From NCBI GenBank assembly GCA_002773985.1, contig PEZW01000018.1, positions 34,240 to 98,239 of the forward strand: DNA of 64,000 bases. Direction: 5' to 3'. Of the stretch, positions 1 through 9,022 are shown piece after piece. The DNA comes from Candidatus Berkelbacteria bacterium CG10_big_fil_rev_8_21_14_0_10_43_13. GTDB taxonomy: Bacteria; Patescibacteriota; UBA1384; XYA2-FULL-43-10; 1-14-0-10-43-13. The notes beneath the pieces are model-generated. The model ran no database searches. It was not told the DNA's origin and saw only the letters and a program-made list of their open reading frames with translations. Position 1 is the first letter of the stretch; each line of letters begins with the position of its first letter. The translations under genes were made by a program, and so were the position numbers.

Positions 1-447
1 CGAGTCTATCCCGTTGGTCGTCTTGACAAAGACACGGTTGGATTAATTATCCTGACCAACGACGGTGAGCTGACCAAAGAGCTAACTCACCCCAGTTTTG
101 AGCATCAGAAAGAGTACCTAGTTGAATGTAGAATATTGAATCCTAAATCATGGAGAGAGAGGGATATTGTTAGTAGTGTGAAACAAAAACTAACTTCTGG
201 ACTTAAGATTGATGGCAAAGTAATGAAGGTAGATAGAGTTAAAACTGCCGAAATTCAAAATTCAAAATTCATTATTCTAACCTTAGTTCTCCACACCGGA
301 TACAATCGACAGGTTCGGAAAATGTGTGCTAAAATTGGACTAGAGGTAAAAAGATTAACTCGAATTGGTATCAGTAAACTTCACCTCGACGAGTTGCAGT
401 TGAAGCCAGGCGAATTCAAAAAGATTTCTAAGGAGGATGTTTTTTAA
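1..447 (+). CDS. Pseudouridine synthase, RsuA/RluB family (5' partial; continues upstream of the window)
   Basis: Frame 1 is open from nt 1 and translates to RVYPVGRLDKDTVGLIILTNDGELTKELTHP, which is the RsuA/RluB catalytic VGRLD block. The 136..447 ORF is the in-frame continuation of this gene, not a separate gene. Confidence 0.8.
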   Translation, partial: RVYPVGRLDKDTVGLIILTNDGELTKELTHPSFEHQKEYLVECRILNPKSWRERDIVSSVKQKLTSGLKIDGKVMKVDRVKTAEIQNSKFIILTLVLHTGYNRQVRKMCAKIGLEVKRLTRIGISKLHLDELQLKPGEFKKISKEDVF

Positions 448-1427
448 TGTTTAATCTGTTTCTGCTCTTTTCAATAGCTTTTAATACGCTCGGTTTATCC
501 GGCGCTGCTATAAAAGTTGATTCTGGCCTCATCTCCAGGTCCGCTGGCGACGCCTCAGTCGCAAACGCAGAAACTCTCAAGGTTGAACTACCTGATATTT
601 TGTCATATCCGACTGTAAATCAAGACGCTACAAAGCCAAAAATTTATGCTAAAAATTATATCCTTCTCGACAGTGATTCCGGCGCAATTTTAGCCTCACA
701 AAAACCATACGAGCGTGTTCCTGTCGCGTCCACTACCAAGATAATGACAGCTATAGTTGTACTTGAAAATTACAGCCTTGATGACGTGGCGACCGTCCAT
801 CAAGACGCGGTCACCGCTGTGTCAAACAGCGGTGCTATTCCCGATTTCTACACTGGAGAAAAGATGACCGTTCGCAATTTACTCTGGTGCATGCTGATGA
901 ATTCATCAAATGTTGCTGCTTACGCTCTGGCAGAACATATGAATTCAAAAAATGAAACAGGGCCTCAGAAATTTCTTACTTTGATGAATCAGCGAGCCAG
1001 AGACCTGGGTCTCAAAGATTCAGACTTTCGTGATCCTGCCGGACTTGACGGAAAGGGCTATTCTACGGCCTTTGACCTTACTGTTATAACCAAACAAGCA
1101 CTGAAAAGCTCTCTGTTTGCTCAGATTGTGAGAACGAAACAATCAACAGTTTATGATACTAGCGGGCGGTATATTCACCAGCTCAATAATTCAAATCGTC
1201 TTGTCAATGAGTGGAATTATCCGGGCGCGATCGGCGTCAAAACCGGTTATATGCCTGACACAGCTGAGCAACCCGGTGCCGGACACACCCTTGTTGCCGC
1301 AGTCGAGAGAAATGGTCATACTTTGATTTCAGTTATTCTAAACACTACCGCTGACACTCCGACAGCGTCAGCCGAAGAATCCCGCCGCCTTCAGGATTGG
1401 GGCTGGATGAGTGTTAGTTGGCAATAA
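447..1427 (+). CDS. D-alanyl-D-alanine carboxypeptidase (peptidase S11, PBP5/6-like)
   Basis: Signal peptide, SxxK motif (ASTTK) and SxN motif (SSN) in the spacing typical of DacA-like low-molecular-weight PBPs. The start overlaps the upstream stop (TAATG). Confidence 0.8.
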   Translation: MFNLFLLFSIAFNTLGLSGAAIKVDSGLISRSAGDASVANAETLKVELPDILSYPTVNQDATKPKIYAKNYILLDSDSGAILASQKPYERVPVASTTKIMTAIVVLENYSLDDVATVHQDAVTAVSNSGAIPDFYTGEKMTVRNLLWCMLMNSSNVAAYALAEHMNSKNETGPQKFLTLMNQRARDLGLKDSDFRDPAGLDGKGYSTAFDLTVITKQALKSSLFAQIVRTKQSTVYDTSGRYIHQLNNSNRLVNEWNYPGAIGVKTGYMPDTAEQPGAGHTLVAAVERNGHTLISVILNTTADTPTASAEESRRLQDWGWMSVSWQ

Positions 1428-1502
1428 TTCAATAGTATTTAGTATAAAGTTATTAGTATGGATACAAAATACCTATAACCTCATACTTTATATTTCATAC
1501 TT

Positions 1503-2198
1503 CTAAAGCGCTGTCTTGATCTCTTCCCACTTTTCGAGTGCTTTTTGTGCGGCGTCTGATTGAGCTTTTTGCTTTGATGGACCAGCGCCTATCGCCACTT
1601 CTTTACCGCCTAGATTAGCAGCAACCGTAAATGTTTTGGAGTGGTCTGGACCAACTTCGGAAACAACAGTATATGTCGGTGTCACGCCTATCTCGTCCTG
1701 AACCAGTTCCTGAAATCGACTCTTCGAATCGTATTCCAAGCCTTCGTTCAAAATTGCATCAAGTTTGTAACAGATGTTTTTCAAAATAAATTTTGTAGCT
1801 GTTTCAAAACCTTGGTCTAGATATATAGCCCCGATCAAAGCCTCAAATGCGTTAGCCAAAATAATATCTCGTGCCTTGCCAGTGTTTTTGGCTTCACCTC
1901 GAGAAGTTTTGATATAAGGATTCATCCCCAGACGCTTGGCTTCGACGGACAATGATTCTCCTTTGACCAGCGCGCTGCGCCAATTTGTCAAATCGCCCTC
2001 AGGTCGATCATATTTTTCATAAAGAAACTTTGTCGTGGCCAATTCCAAAACAGCATCACCCAAAAATTCTAACCGTTCATTGTGCTCAAGACCTGATGAT
2101 TTATGTTCATTGAGATAAGATCTGTGGATAAACACTCGCTCTAGGAGTGCTTTATCCTCAAATTTAACCTCAATAATCTTTTCAAAATCTTCTAACAT
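1503..2198 (-). CDS. rnc: Ribonuclease III
   Basis: RNase III signature ERLEFLGDAVLEL and a C-terminal dsRBD-like region. Length 231 aa. Confidence 0.9.
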   Translation of the reverse strand: MLEDFEKIIEVKFEDKALLERVFIHRSYLNEHKSSGLEHNERLEFLGDAVLELATTKFLYEKYDRPEGDLTNWRSALVKGESLSVEAKRLGMNPYIKTSRGEAKNTGKARDIILANAFEALIGAIYLDQGFETATKFILKNICYKLDAILNEGLEYDSKSRFQELVQDEIGVTPTYTVVSEVGPDHSKTFTVAANLGGKEVAIGAGPSKQKAQSDAAQKALEKWEEIKTAL

Positions 2199-2257
2199 AT
2201 ATTCCTTTCATTACCAACTGTCGTCTCGATCCAAGGGGTCGAAATGACAATTTGCAA

Positions 2258-2749
2258 TTAGCTATCTTTATCTCTTGATTTTAGTATTTGCTTTTCGCTT
2301 TGCTTATAAATCGTTCCCAAAACACCATTGACGAACTTAGATGAATTTTCACCACCAAACTCTTTGGATAATTCGACTGCCTCGTTTATAACAACTTTTG
2401 GTGGAACATCGTTGCAATTTTTCAGTTCATAAATGGCGATTTGTAAAATCACCTTGTCTATCAGAGAAATTTGGTCAACTGGCCAATCAGGCGCGACTTT
2501 ATCGATTACACCATCGAGAGCTTCTCGATCTTTTGAAACACCTTCTGTAACCATGCGAATAAAATCGCTTTCACATCGATCCGAGTACTCAGCCACGTTT
2601 CGAGCTTCAATTTCTGCCAAATCAACACCATCACGAAATTCCCATTCGTAGAGAGTTTGCATCGCAATCATACGTGAAAGGTGACGATTCAAATTTGCCT
2701 CCGCAAATAATAACCAATTACCAAGAAACAAGTTACAAACAGTATCCAA
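2258..2749 (-). CDS. nusB: Transcription antitermination factor NusB (true start probably downstream of the ORF-track start, near [17 protein letters not shown])
   Basis: The NusB fold signature ..R..AR..A.Q.LY.. is matched by [17 protein letters not shown], and the C-terminal [13 protein letters not shown] block is present. The N-terminal 20 aa of the ORF are likely non-coding. Confidence 0.75.
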   Translation of the reverse strand: MDTVCNLFLGNWLLFAEANLNRHLSRMIAMQTLYEWEFRDGVDLAEIEARNVAEYSDRCESDFIRMVTEGVSKDREALDGVIDKVAPDWPVDQISLIDKVILQIAIYELKNCNDVPPKVVINEAVELSKEFGGENSSKFVNGVLGTIYKQSEKQILKSRDKDS

Positions 2750-2833
2750 GCTTCAATTTTTGAATATTCAAATTTGAATATTGTAATTTATTTGGTGATT
2801 GCTTACCCCTCGTAGCCCAATAGGGCGAGGTGG

Positions 2834-3013
2834 GGTATCTTGGTTATTGTTTCTTTTCGATTACTTGTTTGCCGTTATAGGTACCACAATTATAGCAAAC
2901 TTTGTGCATTTCCTTGGGCTCGTGACATTTTTCACAATAAGCCAATGCCGGTGCTATGACTTTGTCATGCATCCGTCTCATGCCCTGTTTTGAATTGTTT
3001 GTACGTTGTTTTG
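2834..3013 (-). CDS. rpmF: 50S ribosomal protein L32 (59 aa; absent from the ORF track because it is under 60 aa)
   Basis: The reverse strand translates to MAEPKQRTNNSKQGMRRMHDKVIAPALAYCEKCHEPKEMHKVCYNCGTYNGKQVIEKKQ. The KQRT..R.H and CxxC...CxxCG zinc-ribbon layout matches bacterial L32. The plus-strand ORF 2799..2993 is its antisense shadow. Confidence 0.85.
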
Positions 3014-3122
3014 GTTCGGCCATGGTAAGTTATAAGTTAATATATTGTAGACAGTAAGATATAATATTGCTGAGCAAATTACAGATTCTATTATTGCACA
3101 AAACTGTTTAAAAATCAACCTG

Positions 3123-5753
3123 CTACTTAATAACAATGTTTACTAATTTCTTCGGTACAACGATTGTTTTGACAATTTCATTCCCAGCAAGTATTTTCTT
3201 GATTTTTTCAGTTCCAAGTCCTAGCTTTTTCATTTCCTCGTCTGAAATAGCTGAATCAACCGAAATTTTATCACGAACTTTTCCATTGACCTGAATAACT
3301 ACTTCAATTTTGTCGAATATGAGATATTTTTTGTCTGGCTCAGGCCATTTTTGCATAGTTAAATCGCTGTGTATTACACTTTCATACAATTCCTCGGCAA
3401 TGTGCGGCGCAACGGGAGAGAGTAAAAGTATGAACTTTTCATAAGACTTTGTGGAAATTGAGCCTATCTTTTCAACTAAATTATTGAACTCCATCAATTT
3501 CGAGACCACCGTATTCATCTGAAAATTTTCTAGATCATTGGTCACGCCAGTAATCGTTTGGTTCAATTTGACCAGCAACTCTGTCGGATCAACTACGTTT
3601 TCTTTAACCAGTTCCTGATTTCGCCAGACACGCTTCAAAAAACGATAGACGCCCTGAACCCCAGCCATATTCCAGGCCGATTCCTGATCGTATGGACCGA
3701 TAAACATAACATAAGCGCGCAAAGTATCAGCACCAAATTCAGCGACAATCTCATCAGGATTTATCACGTTACCAAAAGACTTACTCATCTTGCGCCCATT
3801 AGGACCAAGGATGATACCGTGGGCGATTCTCTTGGCATAAGGCTCTAAAGTTGGTACGACGCCAATATCATAGAGAAATTTATGCCAAAAACGTGAATAG
3901 AGCAAGTGCAGTGTCGTGTGTTCCATCCCACCATTATAGATATCAACCCCACCTCCGCTCTTCGAGCTACGCGCGGCATCGCCGGCGTCCAGCCAATATT
4001 CCAACTCTTTGGCATGTTTGGTAAAGATATTCGAACCACTTTTAACTTTTGACTTTAAACTTTTAACTAATGTGTAAGCCAAGTAGTACCAACTCGAGCC
4101 CGCCCAGTTTGGCATGGTGTCCGTTTCTCTCTCGGCCCTGCCACCGCATTTCGGACAAGTCGTCACGACCCAATCTGTGATTTTGGCAAGAGGGGATTCA
4201 CCGGTATCTGATGGTTCATAATTGTCGACAACCGGCAATTCCAGTGGCAGTTGATCATCGGGCAGAGGAACACGACCGCATCCGCCAGTTGGCGGATCAC
4301 AATGAACGATCGGGATTGGCTCGCCCCAGTAATGCTGGCGGGAAAAAATCCAGTCGCGAAGTTTGTAGTTTGTAGTAAATTCACCGGCACCGATACTTTT
4401 TAACTTTTCAGTAATTTTGATCTTGGCTTCATCTGATGACAGTCCGTCAAATTCACCCGAATTAATTAAGATTCCATAGTCAACAATCGCTTTGTCTAAA
4501 ATTTCTGATTTATGATTCAAAATTGAAACGACTTGTTTGATCGGGATATGGTGTTTCTTGGCAAATTCATAATCGCGTTGATCGTGAGCCGGGACACCGA
4601 TGACAGCACCAGTCCCATAGCTGGTCAGGACATAATCAGCGACCCAAATCTCAATATGTTCACCATTGATCGGGTTGACGGCATAAACGCCATAGCATTT
4701 GACACCGGTTTTATCTTTTTGTAATTCAGTTCGCTCTAGTTCTGTTTTTTTCGCCGCCACTTCGACATATTCCTTGATCTCATGATAGTTTTGAATATGA
4801 TAGCCAAGTTTTTCTAAAATCGGGTGCTCTGGTGAAACAACGACAAAAGTTGTGCCAAAAAAGGTATCAATTCGAGTTGTATAAAATTCGATTTCTTCGT
4901 CGTGAACGGTATTACTAAAACCCTTGACCTCAAATCGAACATTAGTACCGGTCGAGCGACCGATCCAATTGATCTGTTGAGTTTTGATTTTATCCAAGTA
5001 ATCAACAGTTTCAAGGTCATCAACCAAGCGGTCAGCATAAGCGGTAATTCGAAGCATCCACTGTTTTTGCATTCTCTTCTCAGTTTCCGTGCCACAACGC
5101 TCGCATTTACCGTCAACAACTTCTTCATTGGCCAGATTTATCTTGCATGATGGACACCAATTGACCGGCATCTCAGCGCGAAAGGCAAGCCTAGGAGTAT
5201 GGTAATCATCATCGGCAACTTCGATTAATTTTCCATTTTTAATTCCATGTTTGTAAAATTGCAAGAAAATCCACTGAGTCCAGTGATAATATTCTGGATC
5301 AGTCGTGTTTATCTCACGCTTCCAATCAAATGAAAAACCAAGCGAGTGGATTTGCTTCTTGAAATTTGCAATATTATCAGCTGTCGCTTTTTGCGGTTTT
5401 ATTTTATTTTTTATAGCATAATTTTCTGTTGGCAGACCAAAAGCGTCCCAGCCGATCGGAAACATGACATTGTATCCCTGAAGCCGTTTCATCCTACAAT
5501 AAGCGTCAGAGGCGCCATAACCCATCAAGTGACCGACATGCAGCCCCGCCCCGGATGGATAGGGAAATTCAACCAAATGATAATGCTTGGGTTTATCGTC
5601 AAAATCAGCAGACTGACCGTATTTGTTTTTTTGCCAAATGTCTTGCCATTTTTTTTCGATGACACGAAAATCATACTCCTGCTTGTCGTCCGTAGCCTTG
5701 GCGGAGGAGGGCCACTTTTTCTCAATTTCGTGAAAATTGTATTTGTCTGTCAC
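3123..5753 (-). CDS. leuS: Leucyl-tRNA synthetase (GTG start)
   Basis: HIGH motif (HVGHLMGYGASDAY), KMSKS motif, editing CP1 domain and a zinc-binding Cys cluster. Length 876 aa. Confidence 0.95.
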   Translation of the reverse strand: MTDKYNFHEIEKKWPSSAKATDDKQEYDFRVIEKKWQDIWQKNKYGQSADFDDKPKHYHLVEFPYPSGAGLHVGHLMGYGASDAYCRMKRLQGYNVMFPIGWDAFGLPTENYAIKNKIKPQKATADNIANFKKQIHSLGFSFDWKREINTTDPEYYHWTQWIFLQFYKHGIKNGKLIEVADDDYHTPRLAFRAEMPVNWCPSCKINLANEEVVDGKCERCGTETEKRMQKQWMLRITAYADRLVDDLETVDYLDKIKTQQINWIGRSTGTNVRFEVKGFSNTVHDEEIEFYTTRIDTFFGTTFVVVSPEHPILEKLGYHIQNYHEIKEYVEVAAKKTELERTELQKDKTGVKCYGVYAVNPINGEHIEIWVADYVLTSYGTGAVIGVPAHDQRDYEFAKKHHIPIKQVVSILNHKSEILDKAIVDYGILINSGEFDGLSSDEAKIKITEKLKSIGAGEFTTNYKLRDWIFSRQHYWGEPIPIVHCDPPTGGCGRVPLPDDQLPLELPVVDNYEPSDTGESPLAKITDWVVTTCPKCGGRAERETDTMPNWAGSSWYYLAYTLVKSLKSKVKSGSNIFTKHAKELEYWLDAGDAARSSKSGGGVDIYNGGMEHTTLHLLYSRFWHKFLYDIGVVPTLEPYAKRIAHGIILGPNGRKMSKSFGNVINPDEIVAEFGADTLRAYVMFIGPYDQESAWNMAGVQGVYRFLKRVWRNQELVKENVVDPTELLVKLNQTITGVTNDLENFQMNTVVSKLMEFNNLVEKIGSISTKSYEKFILLLSPVAPHIAEELYESVIHSDLTMQKWPEPDKKYLIFDKIEVVIQVNGKVRDKISVDSAISDEEMKKLGLGTEKIKKILAGNEIVKTIVVPKKLVNIVIK

Positions 5754-5831
5754 TTTATAAACTTTCCAACTTTATGAACTTTATGAACTAATCTAGTAAT
5801 AATTTATCACTTATTCAGTGCAAATTCAATT

Positions 5832-5864
5832 AAAAAAACGGCTTACACCGTTTAATTTTGGTGG
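5832..5864. terminator. Bidirectional intrinsic terminator (AAACGG-cttaca-CCGTTT flanked by an A-run and a T-run) carrying a tRNA-CCA-end remnant (TGGTGG). Left copy of a 32-bp direct repeat.
   Basis: Hairpin 5836-5853 with a T-run after it and an A-run before it. The 32 nt at 5833-5864 are identical to 10322-10353. Confidence 0.55.
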
Positions 5865-6046
5865 TGTGTTTTAAATGAAGCTCGAACTTTTTTCGAACAA
5901 AATATTAAATAAATATTTTGGTTCCAATTTTGTAATGACCCGCTCGCGCTTCGCTCCCTAAATGTTGCAATGCGGTTCGGGCAAAAAGGAAGGGGTGTAG
6001 GGAGGGAATTTTTGCCCGATAACAGGTGGGGCGAGGGGGAGAAAAA

Positions 6047-7063
6047 TTAGTGACTTATCGGCAATTGCGGAAGTTCCTTTGCTTCGGCAATCATGCTGTT
6101 TCCAGTGATTATTTTACCTATTTCCATTCTAACAGTTTGTACATTATTGTGAATAGTGCAGTATATTTTATATCTATCCATCCAATTCTTATTATGATCT
6201 TTGATTTCCAAAAGCATCAAATTATATGCATCCTCTGCCTTACTCATTGCGTCTGACATATGAATTCTGAACTCACCTGTTTGCATATATTTTAGAATAG
6301 CTTTACCCTTTTCTTCTAACTTGTCTTTGGTCAGTTTTAATTTGTGCATTTCTAAAAGCGCGTTTCTAAGTAAAAAGGCAATATCAAGTAGGCCCATGGG
6401 GTCAATAATGATGATATCGTCTTCAATGAAAAATTTTGACTTTCCTTCTTTAATAGCATGAGTTACGATCACGGCATAATTCGCTTTTGCTTCTTCCTGA
6501 TGCCTTTTTACCTCATTGATAAATGAATTTTGATATGTCGCAGTCTTCTTGCATTCATACAAAATGCTACCAATATTCTCACCGTTATTTTTGATATATT
6601 GGATCGCATCACCTTTTTTTCCCGTTGGCCTAATCTCATCCTCAGGAAAGTTTTCCGTCAATAATTTAATAACTTCTTTTTCATAATCAAAACCAGCTGT
6701 TTGTGGAGTTCGTCCCTCTTTGAGTTGTTTCTCAAGAAGTGCGATTTTACCATTCGATACTTGTATTGCTTTCGCTTGGTTTTCGATTAATTTGCTCATC
6801 TTTTCTCTTTCGCGTTTTTCCTTTTCGACTCCTTGTTTAACACCGGATTCAAGCGCGAGTTTAGACATCTTTTTTAAATCGATTTTGTGCTTAGATTCCA
6901 AATCTAACTTTTCTTTTTTAGCTTTTTCAAGCTGTTTTTGGTTTTCCTTAATTTGTTTTTGCTGATCTTCCCACTGACCAACTATGGAAATCCATTTTTC
7001 CTTTGTCAAAATACTTTTGCACAAAGGACATAAAAAATCATTTTGCTGTTCGATGTTACTCAT
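6047..7063 (-). CDS. Zn-ribbon/coiled-coil protein with a C-terminal PD-(D/E)XK-like nuclease motif (DUF2130/RmuC-like)
   Basis: N-terminal CPLC..(C) ribbon, a long Lys/Glu-rich coiled coil, and a C-terminal GDAIQYI...ILYECKKT (D..ExK-like) block. The family assignment is by recollection of architecture, not a database hit. Confidence 0.45.
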   Translation of the reverse strand: MSNIEQQNDFLCPLCKSILTKEKWISIVGQWEDQQKQIKENQKQLEKAKKEKLDLESKHKIDLKKMSKLALESGVKQGVEKEKREREKMSKLIENQAKAIQVSNGKIALLEKQLKEGRTPQTAGFDYEKEVIKLLTENFPEDEIRPTGKKGDAIQYIKNNGENIGSILYECKKTATYQNSFINEVKRHQEEAKANYAVIVTHAIKEGKSKFFIEDDIIIIDPMGLLDIAFLLRNALLEMHKLKLTKDKLEEKGKAILKYMQTGEFRIHMSDAMSKAEDAYNLMLLEIKDHNKNWMDRYKIYCTIHNNVQTVRMEIGKIITGNSMIAEAKELPQLPISH

Positions 7064-7105
7064 AGTTTCCTCAATTCATTATTTAAGACCGTCCCTGTGC
7101 TTAAT

Positions 7106-7279
7106 CTAGTTTTTGGTTTTATCGACCAAAACATATACCTGACCTGCCTTTGGAGTGGGTGGAAGCGGCTCGCCCGTTACTACGGTGCGTTCCTTTCCGG
7201 TTTCTCCCCCTCTCGGACCAATAATTTCGTATTGGCCAGAGCGGGTGGCAGTTTGGCCGGGTTTGAAAGTCTGTTTCAT
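7106..7279 (-). CDS. YjzC-like small protein (57 aa; absent from the ORF track)
   Basis: Translation MKQTFKPGQTATRSGQYEIIGPRGGETGKERTVVTGEPLPPTPKAGQVYVLVDKTKN, with a GGAGG Shine-Dalgarno 5 nt upstream of the ATG. The FKPG...G.Y...G..G pattern recalls the Bacillus YjzC family. Confidence 0.55.
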   Translation of the reverse strand: MKQTFKPGQTATRSGQYEIIGPRGGETGKERTVVTGEPLPPTPKAGQVYVLVDKTKN

Positions 7280-7392
7280 GAGACCTCCAGTTTATTAATT
7301 AGGCAAGTTCGACATTCTTACCTGCTGATTTGCAGCCAGTCGTCATCTGCTCGCAGAGGTAAACAGGGGCGGTCTTACTAATTGTCAGGCCA

Positions 7393-7422
7393 CTTGACAC
7401 TTTCCAAACGTTTTCGATATAC
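7393..7422 (+). promoter_or_regulatory. Putative sigma70-like promoter for the LexA-MTase gene (TTGACA-18-TATACT)
   Basis: TTGACA at 7393-7398 and TATACT at 7417-7422, upstream of the AAGAGGA RBS and the ATG at 7468. A TTCGA...TCGAA inverted repeat overlaps the -10. Confidence 0.3.
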
Positions 7423-7467
7423 TTAAAATGTAATCGAAAATAAATCGAAAGTCAAGAGGACAATCAA

Positions 7468-9012
7468 ATGCTCACCAAAAGACAAAAACAAACACTTGAG
7501 TTTATCAAGTCATACATCAAAAAAAATGATTTTGCTCCCTCCCTCGAAGAAATAAAAGCCCATTTAAAACTCTCGTCGGTCTCCACCGCACATCATCATG
7601 TTAAGGCTCTTGAAGATCAAGGCTATTTAAGAAAAGAAGATAATGTAGCTCGTGCCATTGATGTAGCTGAACCAGAACAAATGATTCAGATCCCAATAAT
7701 GGGTCTTATCGCGGCTGGTTTCCCTATCGAAGCTATTGAACAGCGAGAAACCATAGCAATACCAAAAACAAAATTACCAAAATCAGGTCAATTTTATGCA
7801 CTAAAAGTAGCTGGCAATAGTATGGTGGAAGAGAACATCAACGATGGAGACATCGTTGTAATAAAACAACAGGATCAGGTTGAAAATGGACAAAAAGCAG
7901 TCGCCTTGATAGACAATTCTGAGGTTACACTTAAAAAAATATATAAAGAGAAGTCATGTATTAGACTACAACCAGCAAACCATTTGGTGAAACCAATGTA
8001 TTATAATGCTGAAAGGGTTGCCATTCAAGGAATCTTGATTGATGTTGTTAGAAATACGCAAGAAGACTTTTCTGTTAATATTGATCTTAATAACACTTTA
8101 AACAATTCAGAATATATCCAACCGAATGCTATTATATGTGGGGATGCTTTGGATATGTTAAAAAAAATAAAACCAAACTCAATTGATTTAGTGCTTTCGG
8201 ATATACCTTATGGAATTTCACTAGATGAGTGGGATGTTCTTCATTCAAATACAAACTCGGCACTCTTAGGCCAATCTCCTGCCCAGATTGGAAAAAAAGC
8301 TTTTAAGAGGCGTGGCAAACCAATCAATGGGTGGTCAAGCGCTGACAAAAATATACCTCTTGAATACCAGCAGTGGTGCTACTCTTGGGGAAAAAAATTA
8401 TTTCCACTTGTTAAGGAGGGTGGTAGTGTTTTTATTTTTGGTGCTAGACGTACAATACATCGAGCTGTTATTGCACTAGAAGATAGCGGTTTTTTGGTAA
8501 GAGACGTACTGGCGTGGGAAAAACCAAACGCTCATCACCGAGCACAAAGTTTGAGTAAAATTTTTTATAACAGAGGATTATACGATGTCGGTGAAAAATG
8601 GGAAGGATGGAAACTAGGCAATTTAGCTCCGAAATATGAACCCATAGCCTGGCTTTTCAAACCATACAAGATTACAATTGCCGACAATGTGTTGAAAAAT
8701 AAACTTGGTGCTATGAATATTGAAGCATGTTTGATAGGTGGGAAATCCCCAACTAATATTTTAAGATATGGTTTCGATAAAAATGAGTCAGGGTTTCACG
8801 AGGCTCAGAAACCAGTGAAGCTATTAGAATACTTGATTAAACTCGTTACAATTAAAGGCCAAACTGTGCTGGATCCATTTATTGGCTCCGGGTCAACCCT
8901 AGTTGCAGCAAAACGATTAGACAGAAAATATATCGGCTTCGATAAATCAGATGAGTACTGTAAAATATCCAATCAACGAATAGATGAAGACAATCATGAT
9001 CCAGAGGTTTAA
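7468..9012 (+). CDS. LexA-like repressor (wHTH plus S24 autopeptidase) fused to a beta-class N6A/N4C DNA methyltransferase. This is the M subunit of a Type II R-M system.
   Basis: Residues 1-197 are a complete LexA paralog: DNA-binding domain, an IAAGFP Ala-Gly cleavage site, catalytic Ser in GNSM and catalytic Lys in TLKK. It is roughly 45% identical by eye to the canonical lexA at 57861. Residues 200-514 carry MTase motif IV (SDIPYG) before motif I (VLDPFIGSGSTLVAAKRLDRKYIGFD), the PF01555-like beta-class order. Confidence 0.75.
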   Translation: MLTKRQKQTLEFIKSYIKKNDFAPSLEEIKAHLKLSSVSTAHHHVKALEDQGYLRKEDNVARAIDVAEPEQMIQIPIMGLIAAGFPIEAIEQRETIAIPKTKLPKSGQFYALKVAGNSMVEENINDGDIVVIKQQDQVENGQKAVALIDNSEVTLKKIYKEKSCIRLQPANHLVKPMYYNAERVAIQGILIDVVRNTQEDFSVNIDLNNTLNNSEYIQPNAIICGDALDMLKKIKPNSIDLVLSDIPYGISLDEWDVLHSNTNSALLGQSPAQIGKKAFKRRGKPINGWSSADKNIPLEYQQWCYSWGKKLFPLVKEGGSVFIFGARRTIHRAVIALEDSGFLVRDVLAWEKPNAHHRAQSLSKIFYNRGLYDVGEKWEGWKLGNLAPKYEPIAWLFKPYKITIADNVLKNKLGAMNIEACLIGGKSPTNILRYGFDKNESGFHEAQKPVKLLEYLIKLVTIKGQTVLDPFIGSGSTLVAAKRLDRKYIGFDKSDEYCKISNQRIDEDNHDPEV

Positions 9013-9022
9013 ATTGAAAATT

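Noticed and set aside
136-447. A separate 103-aa gene
   Set aside because: The frame is open from nt 1 and encodes the RsuA/RluB VGRLD motif. It is one partial gene.
2799-2993. Plus-strand 64-aa ORF
   Set aside because: It is antisense to a clear L32 gene.
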